DNA of 64,000 bases from Laetmonice hystrix (Eukaryota), in NCBI GenBank assembly GCA_965235115.1, contig OZ249451.1, positions 2,666,001 through 2,730,000 of the forward strand, in the 5' to 3' direction. A program made the position numbers and the translations under genes. Below the pieces are notes generated by a model that saw only the letters and a list, made by a program, of their open reading frames with translations, was not told the origin of the DNA and did no database searches. Below are positions 24,914 through 37,842 of this stretch, one piece after another (the first letter of the stretch is position 1; every line of letters begins with the position of its first letter).

Positions 24914-25276
24914 CTGTGGAAAGTTGGAATGACCCGGCACTTGGCTGGCGAGTGGAGATGGAGTTTGATAGAGTCGATGGGCGCCAAGAAAGTGTAACCG
25001 TTGTAAAGTTTGACCGAGAGTTCGACACGAGGGAATTGATTTCGGATTAATATCTTCGCTGAGATTAACTGTGTATGAGATAACGTGGAGCTGTGTGGGG
25101 TGGGGTGTCATGGGGTGGGGTGGGGTGGGGTGGGGTGAGGGGGTGTTACTCATCATGCAAGGGGTACTTACTGCATCTCGCAGTCAGCGTTCGACACGCC
25201 ATCTACCGGCGTCACGACTCGCAGTATTACTGTTTTTGTGGTACATGTATTATGTTTTAATTGTCCAGATTGTAGC

Positions 25277-25418
25277 AGTGACTCGCTGCCAGACGGGTTG
25301 GAGACCTCTCGGTCAGACTGAGTATGGACTAGGATATAACAAATGGTATCAGTGACTCGCTGCCAGACGGGTTGGAGACCTCTCGGTTGGACTGGGTATG
25401 GACTAGGATATAACAAAT
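25277..25418. repeat. Tandem duplication, 74-bp period x2
   Basis: agtgactcgctgccagacggg at 25277 and 25351. Confidence 0.9.
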
Positions 25419-25529
25419 AGGCATGGCTTACAATAACTCTGGTTGTGTACCGTTCTATGGCCCCTGTCCCCAGCCGGTGTGCTGGGGTACCCGTCCATGA
25501 AGGCCTGTCAGGTACTGCATGGTGCATGG

Positions 25530-26545
25530 CGGGTGGGGTAATTATTCCATGCCCCCCCCGGTCGCCGGGTTGGGGTAACTATTCCATGCCCCCCCCCACC
25601 CCGGTCGGCGGGCTGGGGTAACTATTCCCCCCGGTCGGCGGGTTGGGGTAGCTATTCCATGCCCCCCCCCCCGGTCGGCGGGTTGGGGTAACTATTCCAT
25701 GCGCTCCCCCGGTCGGCGGGTTGGGGTAACTATTCCATGCCCCCCCCACCCCGGTCGGCGGGCTGGGGTAACTATTCCCCCCGGTCGGCGGGTTGGGGTA
25801 GCTATTCCATGCCCCCCCCCGGTCGGCGGGTTGGGGTAACTATTCCATGCCCCCCCCCAGTCGGCGGGTTGGGGTAACTATTCCCCCCGGTCGGCGGGTT
25901 GGGGTAGCTATTCCATGCCCCCCCGGTCGGCGGGTTGGGGTAACTATTCCATGCCCCCGCCCCCGGTCTGCGGGCTGGGGTAACTATTCCCCCCGGTCGG
26001 CGGGTTGGGGTAGCTATTCCATGCCCCCCCCCCCGGTCGGCGGGCTGGGGTAACTATTCCCCCCGGTCGGCGGGTTGGGGTAACTATTCCATGCGCCCCC
26101 ACCCCCGGTCGCCGGGTTGGGGTAACTATTCCATGCCCCCCCCCCCCACCCCGGTCGGCGGGCTGGGGTAACTATTCCCCCCGGTCGGCGGGTTGGGGTA
26201 GCTATTCCATGCCCCCCCCCCCCGGTCGGCGGGTTGGGGTAACTATTCCATGCCCCCCCCCCCCCGGTCGGCGGATTGGGGTAGCTATTCCATGCCCCCC
26301 CCCCCCCCCGGTCGGCAGGTTGGGGTAACTATTCCATGCCCCCCCCGGTCGGCGGGCTGGGGTAACTATTCCCCCCGGTCGGCGGGTTGGGGTAGCTATT
26401 CCATGCCCCCCCCCGGTCGGCGGGCTGGGTAACTATTCCCCCCGGTCGGCGGGTTGGGGTAGCTATTCCATGCCCCCCCCCCCCCCGGTCGGCGGGTTGG
26501 GGTAACTATTCCATGCCCCCGCCCCCGGTCTGCGGGCTGGGGGAC
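25530..26545. repeat. GC-rich minisatellite (27-40 bp units with variable C runs)
   Basis: Core ccccggtcggcgggttggggtaactattcc. Confidence 0.96.
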
Positions 26546-26772
26546 GTTTCGTGCTGACGTCCCTCTTTATGTGACCAGTATCATTGGCGGCCCCCACCCG
26601 GAGGATTGCGTGCTGGGGGAGGGACGTTTCGTGCTCACGTCCCTCTCTATGTGACCAGTATCATTGGCGGCCCCCACCCGGAGGATTGCGGGCCGGGGGG
26701 ACGTTTCGTGCTGACGTCCCTCTCTATGTGACCAGTATCATTGGTGGCCCCCACCCGGAGGATTGCGTGCTG
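26541..26772. repeat. ~78-bp tandem repeat x3
   Basis: gggacgtttcgtgctgacgtccctc...ccacccggaggattgcg. Confidence 0.93.
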
Positions 26773-27029
26773 GCGCTGATCGTCCTACAGTTTCTCAATG
26801 AGTGCATTAAGTCATTTCGTCTGATATTGGCGTATAAATCAAGGTGTAATGGACCTCTCCCAGCCGCTATGACTAATGTATTGCCGCGGGAGTTGAATGC
26901 GAGGCTGGGTTCTTGAAAAATTGTACGCGTTATGGCTCGTCTATTAAGATCCGATGAAAGCCGCACGGTGAGGAGAGGCGGGGGCTCCGGAACATGTATA
27001 CGTAGATTCCAACTTTATTTCAATATAGG

Positions 27030-27125
27030 TGTGATTGATTGGACGGAGGGCTTGGCGCATGCGTAACCGGTTTTATGTCGGTTGTCAGTGGTTACGTAAT
27101 GGCGGAGGATTTACGTACGTATTTC
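27030..27125. promoter_or_regulatory. Promoter-like motif cluster
   Basis: attgg (CCAAT, reverse), gcgcatgcg (NRF1-like) at 27055, aatggcgg (YY1-like) near 27098. Confidence 0.25.
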
Positions 27126-28005
27126 ACGTGAAGAAGGGGCTGGGGGGGGGGGGGGGCGTAGAACCGCTGGCCAGTGTTTATGCCCCGGCGTTATTGTGAC
27201 ATAAAGAATATGAGTTTTCCTGACGGCACGCCCCGTGGCACCGGTGGCCAGGGTTGTAAGGTGAATTCCTATAGTAAAAGCTCTTTCTTTAGTAGCCACT
27301 GGTTAGTGTACATTAACCTGCCGCAGTATCTGCCCGCCAAGCACGCTCCAAACTCCGGCAATAATCAGGACCCTCCTCGTAAAGCCAGCCATGCGTGCAA
27401 ATCCATATTGCATGGTACAAGCATGTAATCTGCGGGCAGTCTCAGACCCAGGTCGTTAAAGTTAAATGCTAACGTAGCAATCTGGCACAACTAGCTCCCA
27501 TTGCAGCTCCCGCCTCTGCCGGCACACAAATCTCCCCTCCCCGCCGCTCTCCCCGCTGAGTACCCGTCCTGACACGCACCGTAAAACAAACAGTCGTTTC
27601 ATAAATCATTACTTCTTCATTGAAATCTCTAGGCGGGACATGTCGGTCCACAGACACTTGTTTGCTCAGTTTTGTCGAAGGGAAACCGTGGCTTGCAATT
27701 GGCGAGCACGCACACGGTGTTGACGAATCGGGTGCAACATGTGGTTACCAGAGATCACGTGGTGGGGCGACGGTGGCAAATAGCTGGCCAGATAATATGT
27801 GTGTACGGAGCTATTGACCAATGTGTGCCATCGACATTAACTAATGTTTGCCCATAGCACCAAACCACTGACTTGGAGAGTGGCAGGCGCCTGGGTACAG
27901 GGTTGGGTGAGGAAGGTGATGTGTGCATACTGGGTCTGAGCGTGCCCTATCGCGGTCAGGTGTAGGCTGTACACATACGGCTCCTACTCTGCCCTTTCAT
28001 GGCTG

Positions 28006-28190
28006 GTTGTACAATGGTTAGGCGTAGGTTGTACAATGGTTAGGCGTAGGTTGTACAATGGTTAGGCGTAGGTTGTACAATGGTTAGGCTTAGGTTGTAC
28101 AATGGTTAGGCGTAGGTTGCAAAATAGTCAGGTGTAGGTTGTACAATGGTCAGGTGTAGGTTGTACAATGATCAGGTGTATAATGGTCAC
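28006..28190. repeat. 22-bp minisatellite, ~8 copies, degenerating 3-prime
   Basis: ggttgtacaatggttaggcgta. Confidence 0.92.
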
Positions 28191-28244
28191 ATGTAGGCTG
28201 GATACAGGGTTAATAATATAGATCACGGTCGGTTCAAACGTTAC

Positions 28245-29110
28245 AGAGAACACACAGATACAGGCCATGGGGAAAGGTCGCTCTGAATGTCACAGAGAAC
28301 ACACAGTCTATACCGACCATGGGCAGAGGTCATTCCGAATGTCACAGAGAACACACAGTCTATACCGACCATGGGCAGAGGTCGCTCTGAATGTCACAGA
28401 GAACACACAGTTTATACCGACCATGGGCAGAGGTCGCCCTGAATGTCACAGAGAACACACAGTCTATACCGACCATGGGCAGAGGTCGCTCTGAATGTCA
28501 CAGAGAACACACAGTCTATACCGACCATGGGCAGAGGTCGCTCTGAATGTCACAGAGAACACACAGTCTATACCGACCATGGGCAGAGGTCATTCCGAAT
28601 GTCACAGAGAACACACAGTCTATACCGACCATGGGCAGAGGTCGCCCTGAATGTCACAGAGAACACACAGTCTATACCGACCATGGGCAGAGGTCATTCC
28701 GAATGTCACAGAGAACACACAGTTTATACCGACCATGGGCAGAGGTCGCCCTGAATGTCACAGAGAACACACAGTCTATACCGACCATGGGCAGAGGTCG
28801 CTCTGAATGTCACAGAGAACACACAGTCTATACCGACCATGGGCAGAGGTCATTCCGAATGTCACAGAGAACACACAGTTTATACCGACCATAGACAGAG
28901 GTCGCTCTGAATGTCACAGAGAACACACAGTCTATACTGACCATTGGCAGAGGTCATTCCGAATGTCACAGAGAACACACAGTCTATACCGACCATTGGC
29001 AGAGGTCATTCCGAATGTCACAGAGAACACACAGTCTATACCGACCATGGGCAGAGGTCATTCCGAATGTCACAGAGAACACACAATCTATACTGACCAT
29101 GGACAGAGTT
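28245..29110. repeat. 52-bp minisatellite, ~16 copies
   Basis: catgggcagaggtcgctctgaatgtcacagagaacacacagtctataccgac. Confidence 0.97.
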
Positions 29111-30034
29111 GCATTCCAAACGTCCCAACATCTGGCCCGTTTCCCTGTGCTGTCGCTGTCCGTCTTACATTCACGGGAAACACGACGTCATAACGTACCC
29201 ATGTATGCCCCCTCTCACTAATCCACGACAAATCTTTCTATGGCACGACATCAAATATTTGTGAAGGGAAGTACGACTAGAGCCTGGACGGAACCTAAGA
29301 ATACTCGACACCTCAAACAAAGATTAGATAATAAAATGATTTCACACATATAAAATGATCCAGATTTGACGTTTCCTTATACTGGACGTGCTTGGAATGA
29401 ACAATAAAACATCTGAACTGTCGGGAACGTGTGATTTTATGTATGAATGTATCCACGATTTCCATGTCCTCGTCTGGTCAGCCATAATACACAAATCTTT
29501 ATCAGGCCAGCTACGGAAATGCTTTATGTTGATTCAAAAAAATGTGTTTTGTTGTCCCAAAACATGAGACATTCAAAATGTACCGGGGCCGGTGCCCTTT
29601 TCATCAGCGTGCTATCTCTCTTAACTCCTTCCATTCGCCCGAAACTGAACCATTTCCCCGTTTAAATGTCCAATTTCACTTTCACCCACTCAAACGAAGT
29701 AGGTTGCCGTTAATGTGGAACCATTATACATGTGGCGACAGTAGACCCCACATCACAGCGACAGACTCTCCCTTCCACGCTCAGCTGTTCATGAAAAATT
29801 CAAACTTCCGGAGATGTTTCATTTTCGCCCCATTTCAAGCCTACTGCAGCGAAGGCGTTATTTACGTGGATTAAATTACACGACCATTACATGGTAGACG
29901 AAAAATATTAATCATTCAAACGACAAGTTTTGTAAGAATTTTATAAATAAAATGACGGGGAGGAATACAAACATTGTAAGGAAACTGTGGAGGACGGAGA
30001 ACATGGAGATAACTATCTCTGACTGGCTTCGTCG

Positions 30035-30617
30035 GGGTCCAGGCGGCACCCAGTCGGGGTCCAGGCGGCACCCAGTCGGGGTCCAGATGGCACCCAGTCG
30101 GGGTCCAGATGGCACCAAGTCGGGGTGTAGATGGCACCCAGTCGGGGTCCAGGCGGCACCCAGTCGGGGTCCAGGCGGCACCCAGTCGGGGTCCAGGCGG
30201 CACCCAGTCGGGGTGTAGATGGCACCCAGTCGGGGTCCAGATGGCACCAAGTCGGGGTGTAGATGGCACCCAGTCGGGGTCCAGATGGCACCCAGTCGGG
30301 GTCCAGATGGCACCAAGTCGGGGTGTAGATGGCACCCAGTCGGGGTCCAGGCGGCACCCAGTCGGGGTCCAGATGGCACCCAGTCGGGGTGTAGATGGCA
30401 CCCAGTCGGGGTCCAGGCGGCACCCAGTCGGGGTCCAGGCGGCACCCAGTCGGGGTCCAGGCGGCACCCAGTCGGGGTGTAGATGGCACCCAGTCGGGGT
30501 CCAGGCGGCACCCAGTCGGGGTCCAGATGGCACCCAGTCGGGATCCAGATGGCACCCAGTCGAGGTCCAGATGGCACCCAGTCGAGGTCCAGATGGCACC
30601 CAGTCGGGGTCCAGATG
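30035..30617. repeat. 22-bp minisatellite, ~26 copies
   Basis: cccagtcggggtccaggcggca and variants. Confidence 0.97.
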
Positions 30618-31318
30618 TAGAAATCCGCGCACATGTATCTTTAAAAACTAATCTTGAACGTTTTTTTCAAATAGCGTCCGTCACACGGCGTCCGTCACCA
30701 AACGGCCGTCACATAACGTCCATCACATGTCGTCCGCCACAGAACGCTCAGCCCACAGCGTTCTAACTTTCCCCTGTGCCGCCATTCCCCCAAGCGTCCC
30801 CCCCCCCCACTACTCCACTCCTCTCGTAGAATCCATCAGAGTCGTCTGCCGCGCCGCTCGCTCGTTGACCCTTCATTCTTAACGTGTCCATTTCGGTGGC
30901 CGGTCCCTGGGGTCACCACCAGAGGGGGCGGTGGTCAGGGGGTCACGGCGGCGTCTCAGACAGCGCTGGTGAACGTAATGACAAATCCTGCAGGCGCTTC
31001 TCGCTCGTCCAGCCTAAGTATGTTGATTCAAGTCGTTCTATCACCGTCTATACATTACCATGCACTTAGAAGATCCCGTTCATTGTAATGGACGCGCTTA
31101 GCAAGATTTTAACGAAATAGCATCGCCGTAAGATGTCCACTCAATCGCCAAGCTTCCCATTGTCCAGGTATCAATACAGCAAAGGCATGCAATGTCAAAA
31201 TGTCAGAAAATGGCGGATCGGGCAAAGATCGTCTCGTCTTTCTATTCAGTGAGGTCAATGTGGCGTGTACAATAGACGTCAGCATAGCCGTGATAAATCT
31301 AAGCTGATGTATTTTCAG

Positions 31319-31425
31319 TGGCCCGACCGCTACTCCCATCGAGTTGGTTCACCTGATATCGTTATTGGACGGAGTTGGCGTGTGTTGAGGCCAACCGCTT
31401 ACTTGTTTGACAAACAGCGCCCTCT
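31319..31425 (+). CDS. Candidate exon, WPDRYSHRVGSPDIVIGRSWRVLRPTAYLFDKQRP
   Basis: Acceptor tgtattttcag; only the phase-0 frame is open to the donor CT|GTGAGA. Confidence 0.25.
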
Positions 31426-33842
31426 GTGAGATACCGTCGTCAGATAGGACCAACAGGTCAGCGTGGGAAACAGCAGGGGTGGGGCCTGGTGGTCACGGGG
31501 TCCACGGGGCGTTCTCCGTTGTTTATGACAGGAATCGACCATGGACAGGCAACCTTTGTAGCGACACAATGTATGGAGTCAAGTTTTCCCCTTATTGTAG
31601 GGTCTCGTGTGCACACGAGCACTACATCGTTCCTGTATGGGCAGTGACGGAATGGAGCTCATGTAGAAAAACTGCCCTTTCTATGACAACGTGTACGTTG
31701 CAATATAAGTTTACGCCAATATGTGACACTTATTGAATTGAAGTACATCGCAGAAGTGGGAAGCTCAACACCCTCATTACAATGTATAAGGAAGGAAGTT
31801 ATAGAGCGACAGGACCATCTCTATAACTGATGATAAATAATCCCAGATATCATTTAGTGATGTGATCCCTGCGGCACGATACATGACACGGCAAACCGGC
31901 CGGTGATTGAAATCTTTCAGCCAACGAGATTACAGTAGGCGAACACTCATTGGACGGAACGCTGCAGTAATCTTCTTTCGTCACATGTAGGCAGCGACAG
32001 GTGTAAGGCGAAACGCCATCTTTTCATCATTCAATATGAATAAACACATTGCAAGCGGAGTTTAATCTGACTTTACCAGACAGATACGAGCATTCAGGTT
32101 TTATTATATATAAGAGCTATTATCCAAATGTATACATACGCCATAATGAAGTCAGTGTATAAAATGAAGTCAGCGTAAACAAATCCCCAGCCCCTGACAC
32201 GGCCAGTTGGGAGCGGAATAGTTTTTCAATATTTCTGTTTGGCGAAGTTCAGTTCTGTTGATGGCGACAGCGCGATGTCTGCTAAACCAATGTTTGATCT
32301 GAGGCGTTCTGCAGACAGTAGCATAGAGTTTCCATCCATTGTTTGTGGTGTCCATGTGGCTGACCACGTTTAGATGTTAGCGGGATACGTGAGTCCTCTC
32401 TGTGGACTGTATTGGTTGTTATCGTCTGGCTCATCACGTCACAAACACAGCAGTAATTTAATTTAGTGATGATGAAAGCAGAAAGCAGACGGCATCGACA
32501 TTGTGCGTGACGTGACGTACAACGGCAGTCTTTGTGACGCCATAAATGATTGGAAGAACCCTAATATTGTTATTATACTGAGCGAATGGTACTCTGCATA
32601 TACTAGTCTGTAACATAAATCTTCAGTGCCAACTAAGTACACATTGTGAAACACAGATACGTCGAAGTTGTAGGTTTATCGGTCCAGAGATTGTTTTTAT
32701 CTTATTGACTGCTGGGAAACGTTATGTGAACAATGGAACAGACCATCTCTATTAGTTTATCATCTGGTTGTTTTAATTTACTTTCACTGACAGTCGTTAA
32801 AAACATTCATAGAAGTGATATACGTAAGTGTCTGTATCATAGGATTTAGAATTAATGCCTATAGATAATTGAAGTTTGGATCTGGTAGCTTTATAAGGCG
32901 CTTCTCGTTAATCTACCCCACTTATCGAACGCTGGGTGACGGCGTCTCTGTTCTGGGGGTGGTGGGTGGGGAGTAGGGTGTGAGCAGAGTTGGGGTGAGG
33001 GGAGTGAGGGTGAGGACCGTGGGGTAGAGGAAAGTACCCCACCGTGCAGGGTGAGACATCTCGCCTGTCATCCCGAACGTCCACACACCGACGGCGTTCC
33101 CCTCACTGGAGGAAGTCAGCGTCCGTCGGGCGTTCGTCAGAAGGGTGGGAGTGGTAGGGGGAGGCGTTTGTCATCCTGTAATTGGCTGCGTCTCCACCAA
33201 TCACGACACAATCAGTTGTGTATAAATGTTGCACAAATGGTGCGATTAGTGCGCCTCAAATGTCACACAGCACACTCCAAGGCCCCAATTCAACAGCAAT
33301 CATCACGGTTAAATATTCATTTATGTCAAATCGATACAATTGTTAGCAACTGATCGACCAGCGGCAGGAGCTAGTGACGACGGTCTGTGTGGCTGTGCCG
33401 GGGGTGGAGGGGTAGGAGGGGGTGCGAACCCCCACCCTCACCCCAGCCGTGGTAGAATGTTCGGGTTTAAGGTTGTCGGGATGATGGGGAACTCTTTCTG
33501 ACTTCTCACTGCAGTAATTCAATCAAGACGCGAATGGCGCAGACGGAGGTTCGTGGAAACCTGATCAGCCGGCCATGTATTATCAGTCCGTCCCTACGCC
33601 TATATTAGTCTGCCCCAGAAGTTGATATGGCACATCCGTCCATTCTAAACTGATTGGGGACCAAAGCACAGCAGTAATGATACTGAGTCATCCATTTGGT
33701 TTGTGAGGAATTGATGGGAAGGATGTCGGTATGGCTTTCTCACAGCGGGGGGAAATGTGCTCATGATGGCGTCTGGAGACTGTGGACATACTCGGCCACA
33801 GATGTTACCTGCCAGCCTCCAACCCAAGGCTTGGCCATTCTA

Positions 33843-35848
33843 GATATGATATCATAGACTGCACCATGCTAGATATAAGCTGCACCATGCCCGATATAAT
33901 ATCATAGACTGCACCATGCTAGATATAAGCTGCATCATGCTAGATATAATATCATAGACTGCACCATGCTAGATATAAGCTGCACCATGCCCGATATAAT
34001 ATCATAGGCTGCACCATGCTAGATATAAGCTGCACCATGCTAGATATAATATCATAGGCTGCACCATGCTAGATATAAGCTGCACCATGCTAGATATAAT
34101 ATCATAGGCTGCACCATGCTAGATATAATATCATAGGCTGCACCATGCCAGATATAAGCTGCACCATGCTAGATATAATATCATAGGCTGCACCATGCTA
34201 GATATAATATCATAGGCTGCACCATGCCAGATATAAGCTGCACCATGCCCGATATAATATCATAGGCTGCACCATGCTAGATATAAGCTGCATCATGCCC
34301 GATATAATATCATAGGCTGCACCATGCTAGATATAAGCTGCACCATGCTAGATATAATATCATAGGCTGCACCATGCTAGATATAATATCATAGGCTGCA
34401 CCATGCCAGATATAAGCTGCACCATGCCCGATATAATATCATAGACTGCACCATGCTAGATATAAGCTGCATCATGCCCGATATAATATCATAGGCTGCA
34501 CCATGCTAGATATAAGCTGCACCATGCTAGATATAATATCATAGGCTGCACCATGCTAGATATAAGCTGCACCATGCTAGATATAATATCATAGGCTGCA
34601 CCATGCTAGATATAATATCATAGGCTGCACCATGCCAGATATAAGCTGCACCATGCTAGATATAATATCATAGGCTGCACCATGCTAGATATAATATCAT
34701 AGGCTGCACCATGCCAGATATAAGCTGCACCATGCCCGATATAATATCATAGGCTGCACCATGCTAGATATAAGCTGCACCATGCTAGATATAATATCAT
34801 AGGCTGCACCATGCTAGATATAATATCATAGGCTGCACCATGCCAGATATAAGCTGCACCATGCTAGATATAATATCATAGGCTGCACCATGCTAGATAT
34901 GATATCATAGGCTGCACCATGCCAGATATAGTGTCATAGGCTGCACCATGCCAGATATAAGCTGCACCATGGTAGATATAATATCATAGGCTGCACCATG
35001 CTAGATATAAGCTGCACCATGCCCGATATAATATCATAGGCTGCACCATGCTAGATATAATATCATAGGCTGCACCATGCTAGATATAATATCATAGGCT
35101 GCACCATGCCAGATATAATATCATAGGCTGCACCATGCCAGATATAATGTCATAGGCTGCGCCATGCTAGATATAATATCATAGGCTGCACCATGCCAGA
35201 TATAAGCTGCACCATTCCCGGTATAATATCATAGGCTTTGTCATGCTAAATATTATGTCATAGGCTGCACCATGCCACATATTATTATAATAATAATCAT
35301 ACGTTGCAACATGGCAGATATAATATCATAGGCTGCACCATGCCAGATATAATATCATAGGCTGCACCATGCAAGATATAATGTCATAGGCTGCGCCATG
35401 CCAGATATAATATCATAGGTTGCGACATGGCAGAAATAATATCATAGGTTGCGCCATGCCAGATATAATATCATAGGCTGCACCATGCCAGATATAATAT
35501 CATAGGCTGCACCATGCCAAATATCATAGGCTGCACCATGCCCGATATAATATCATAGGCTGCAGCATGGAAGATATAATGTCATAGGCTGCACCATGCT
35601 AGATATAAGTTGCACCATGCCCGATATAATATCATAGGCTGCACCATGCTAGATATAAGCTGCACCATGCTAGATAGAATATCATAGGCTGCACCATGCT
35701 AGATAGAATATCATAGGCTGCACCATGCCAGATATAATATCATAGGCTGCACCATGCCAGATATAATATCATAGGTCGCGACATGGCAGAAATAATATCA
35801 TAGGCTGCGCCTGCTAGATATAAGGTGCACCATTCCCGATATAATATC
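33843..35848. repeat. Composite 29-bp/21-bp minisatellite, ~2 kb
   Basis: Units tataatatcataggctgcaccatgctaga (29) and tataagctgcaccatgctaga (21). Confidence 0.97.
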
Positions 35849-35969
35849 ATTGGCTCTGACATACCAGATATGCTAATATCTGCATTTCATTTTTCGTGCT
35901 AATTGTGTATATTCCCTGCTGACACGTATGAAATATAATATTCCTATGTCCCATCTGGGATCGATAACC

Positions 35970-36057
35970 CCCATGATGTGGCATGGACAACCGCCTTGAT
36001 GTGGCATGGACAACCGCCATGATGTGGCATGGACAACCGCCATGATGTGGCATGGAT
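35970..36057. repeat. 23-bp tandem repeat x~3.5
   Basis: ccgccatgatgtggcatggacaa. Confidence 0.88.
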
Positions 36058-36902
36058 GTGCTAAGGTGAACTCTGCATGCATGCCTGAACACATTCCTAC
36101 ATAAGCATGTCATTCTGCAGTCTTACCGACGACAATCCGATTGTATTTCGGTCAATGAAATAAAGTTGAACACAGAATCGCTTCATTTACGATCATAGAA
36201 AGGCAGAGTTGTCAGGATTCTAAGATCCGGATGGTTCTTATTTCATCATCATCGAATGGCGTATACAAGGAGACAAATGATTGGCTCGTTACGTCTGAAA
36301 ACGAGGCGAATATCAGCTTCCGGTCAGTGCCCTCGAGGGTTTCTGTGTCAGTCACGACGACCGAACATGATATCGTTCACTGACCCCTTCCAAATCTTTT
36401 GTGAATTATTAAAAGCGATCAGCACGCTGCCAGCGAGGTGACATTAAGCTAGATCGATGACCACTGTCCAGCCACGGACTGACCACTGTTATCTCGACAT
36501 AAATCATAACAATAGCACGTTTTTGACGTGTCGTCATGCAGTCACAGTGGCTGGACAGTGCAAAGGAACTGCCAGAGACTTTAGAACCGGGACCCATCAT
36601 GGTGGAAACGAAATCGACAACAGTTACTGTGTCTGCCCACTTTATAGGATCACAAATACAGGCTTGGGGCTCGCTGTTGTACAGTGGACCAGTGTTACCA
36701 ATGATACCAAGGCATGTCAATGACAAAAGGTTGCAGGTTATAAAGTCTAACCTTCAAGTAACAGGCTCAGATCAAGGACGTTCAATAGAAAGGATAGAGA
36801 TTCTCCGTGTTTATTCCAAATAGATGCCAACGTGCCCCTCCTACATCATGTAATGTCTGGGAACAGTAGAGTTCTAGCGTTATCAAAAGTTGTATACGGG
36901 GT

Positions 36903-37303
36903 TCTAACGTTACCGGCATTGTTAACGTTTACGGGCATCGTTAACGTTACCGGCATCGTTAACGTTTACCGGCTTTGTTAACGTTTACCGGCATCGTTAA
37001 CGTTACCGGCATCGTTAACGTTTACCGGCTTTGTTAACGTTTACCGGCATCTTTAACGTTACCGGCATCGTTAACGTTTACCGGCATCGTTAACGTTTAC
37101 CGGCATCGTTGACGTTACCGGCATCTTTAACGTTACCGGCATCGTTAACGTTTACCGGCATCGTTAACGGTTACCGGTATCGTTAACGTTTACCGGCATC
37201 GTTAACGTTTACCGGCATCGTTAACGTTTACCGGCATCGTTAACGGTTACCGGTATCGTTAACGTTTACCGGCATCGTTAACGTTTACCGGTATCGTTAA
37301 CGG
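36903..37303. repeat. 18-19 bp minisatellite, ~21 copies
   Basis: cgttaacgtttaccggcat. Confidence 0.96.
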
Positions 37304-37774
37304 TCTCAAGATCGCTTCTTGTTGTGGATGAAGTAAGAGAAGAATCTTTTAACGCCTCGTAAGTAATTGAATGCCAAGAAACGATTGCTTGCGATTACAT
37401 TTGAACATTACCCATTGAAAAGCATGGTGTTGAATAATCTTTTTCCTCCCTGAAATCGATATCTCTGACCAATCGACGAGTGGCGTGAGATAATTGAACA
37501 CATTTTCTTAATTTAACACTTCTCATGGGCGGGTATAGATTGTAGCGGACTGAGGAGTAATTTCACACCTTTCACAGCGCCGAGCGACGCCCTGCAAACA
37601 GGCCGGGCAGCGCTGAGGACCATCGGACCACTGAACAATCCTGTCCGCTCTCAGGCCACTGCACAGATTCAGCCTGACAGTGCAAATCTTCCATTAAGTC
37701 GTGTGCGCTGGACCAGGAACGGGTGTTAACGATCATCATCTCTGACAAGGTCCGCGCAAAGTGTACGTCTGTTG

Positions 37775-37842
37775 TGGTGTGTGAGTGGCGTTTGGTGTGT
37801 GAGTGGCGTTTGGTGTGTGAGTGGCGTTTGGTGTGTGAGTGG
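37775..37842. repeat. 18-bp tandem repeat x~3.5
   Basis: tgtgtgagtggcgtttgg. Confidence 0.88.

Noticed and set aside
28006-28100. TTAGGC telomere-like hexamer
   Set aside because: Single hexamer embedded in a 22-bp unit, not a tandem telomeric tract.
29912-30766. Multiple 120-240 aa ORFs
   Set aside because: 22-bp repeat; all frames give permutations of one sequence.
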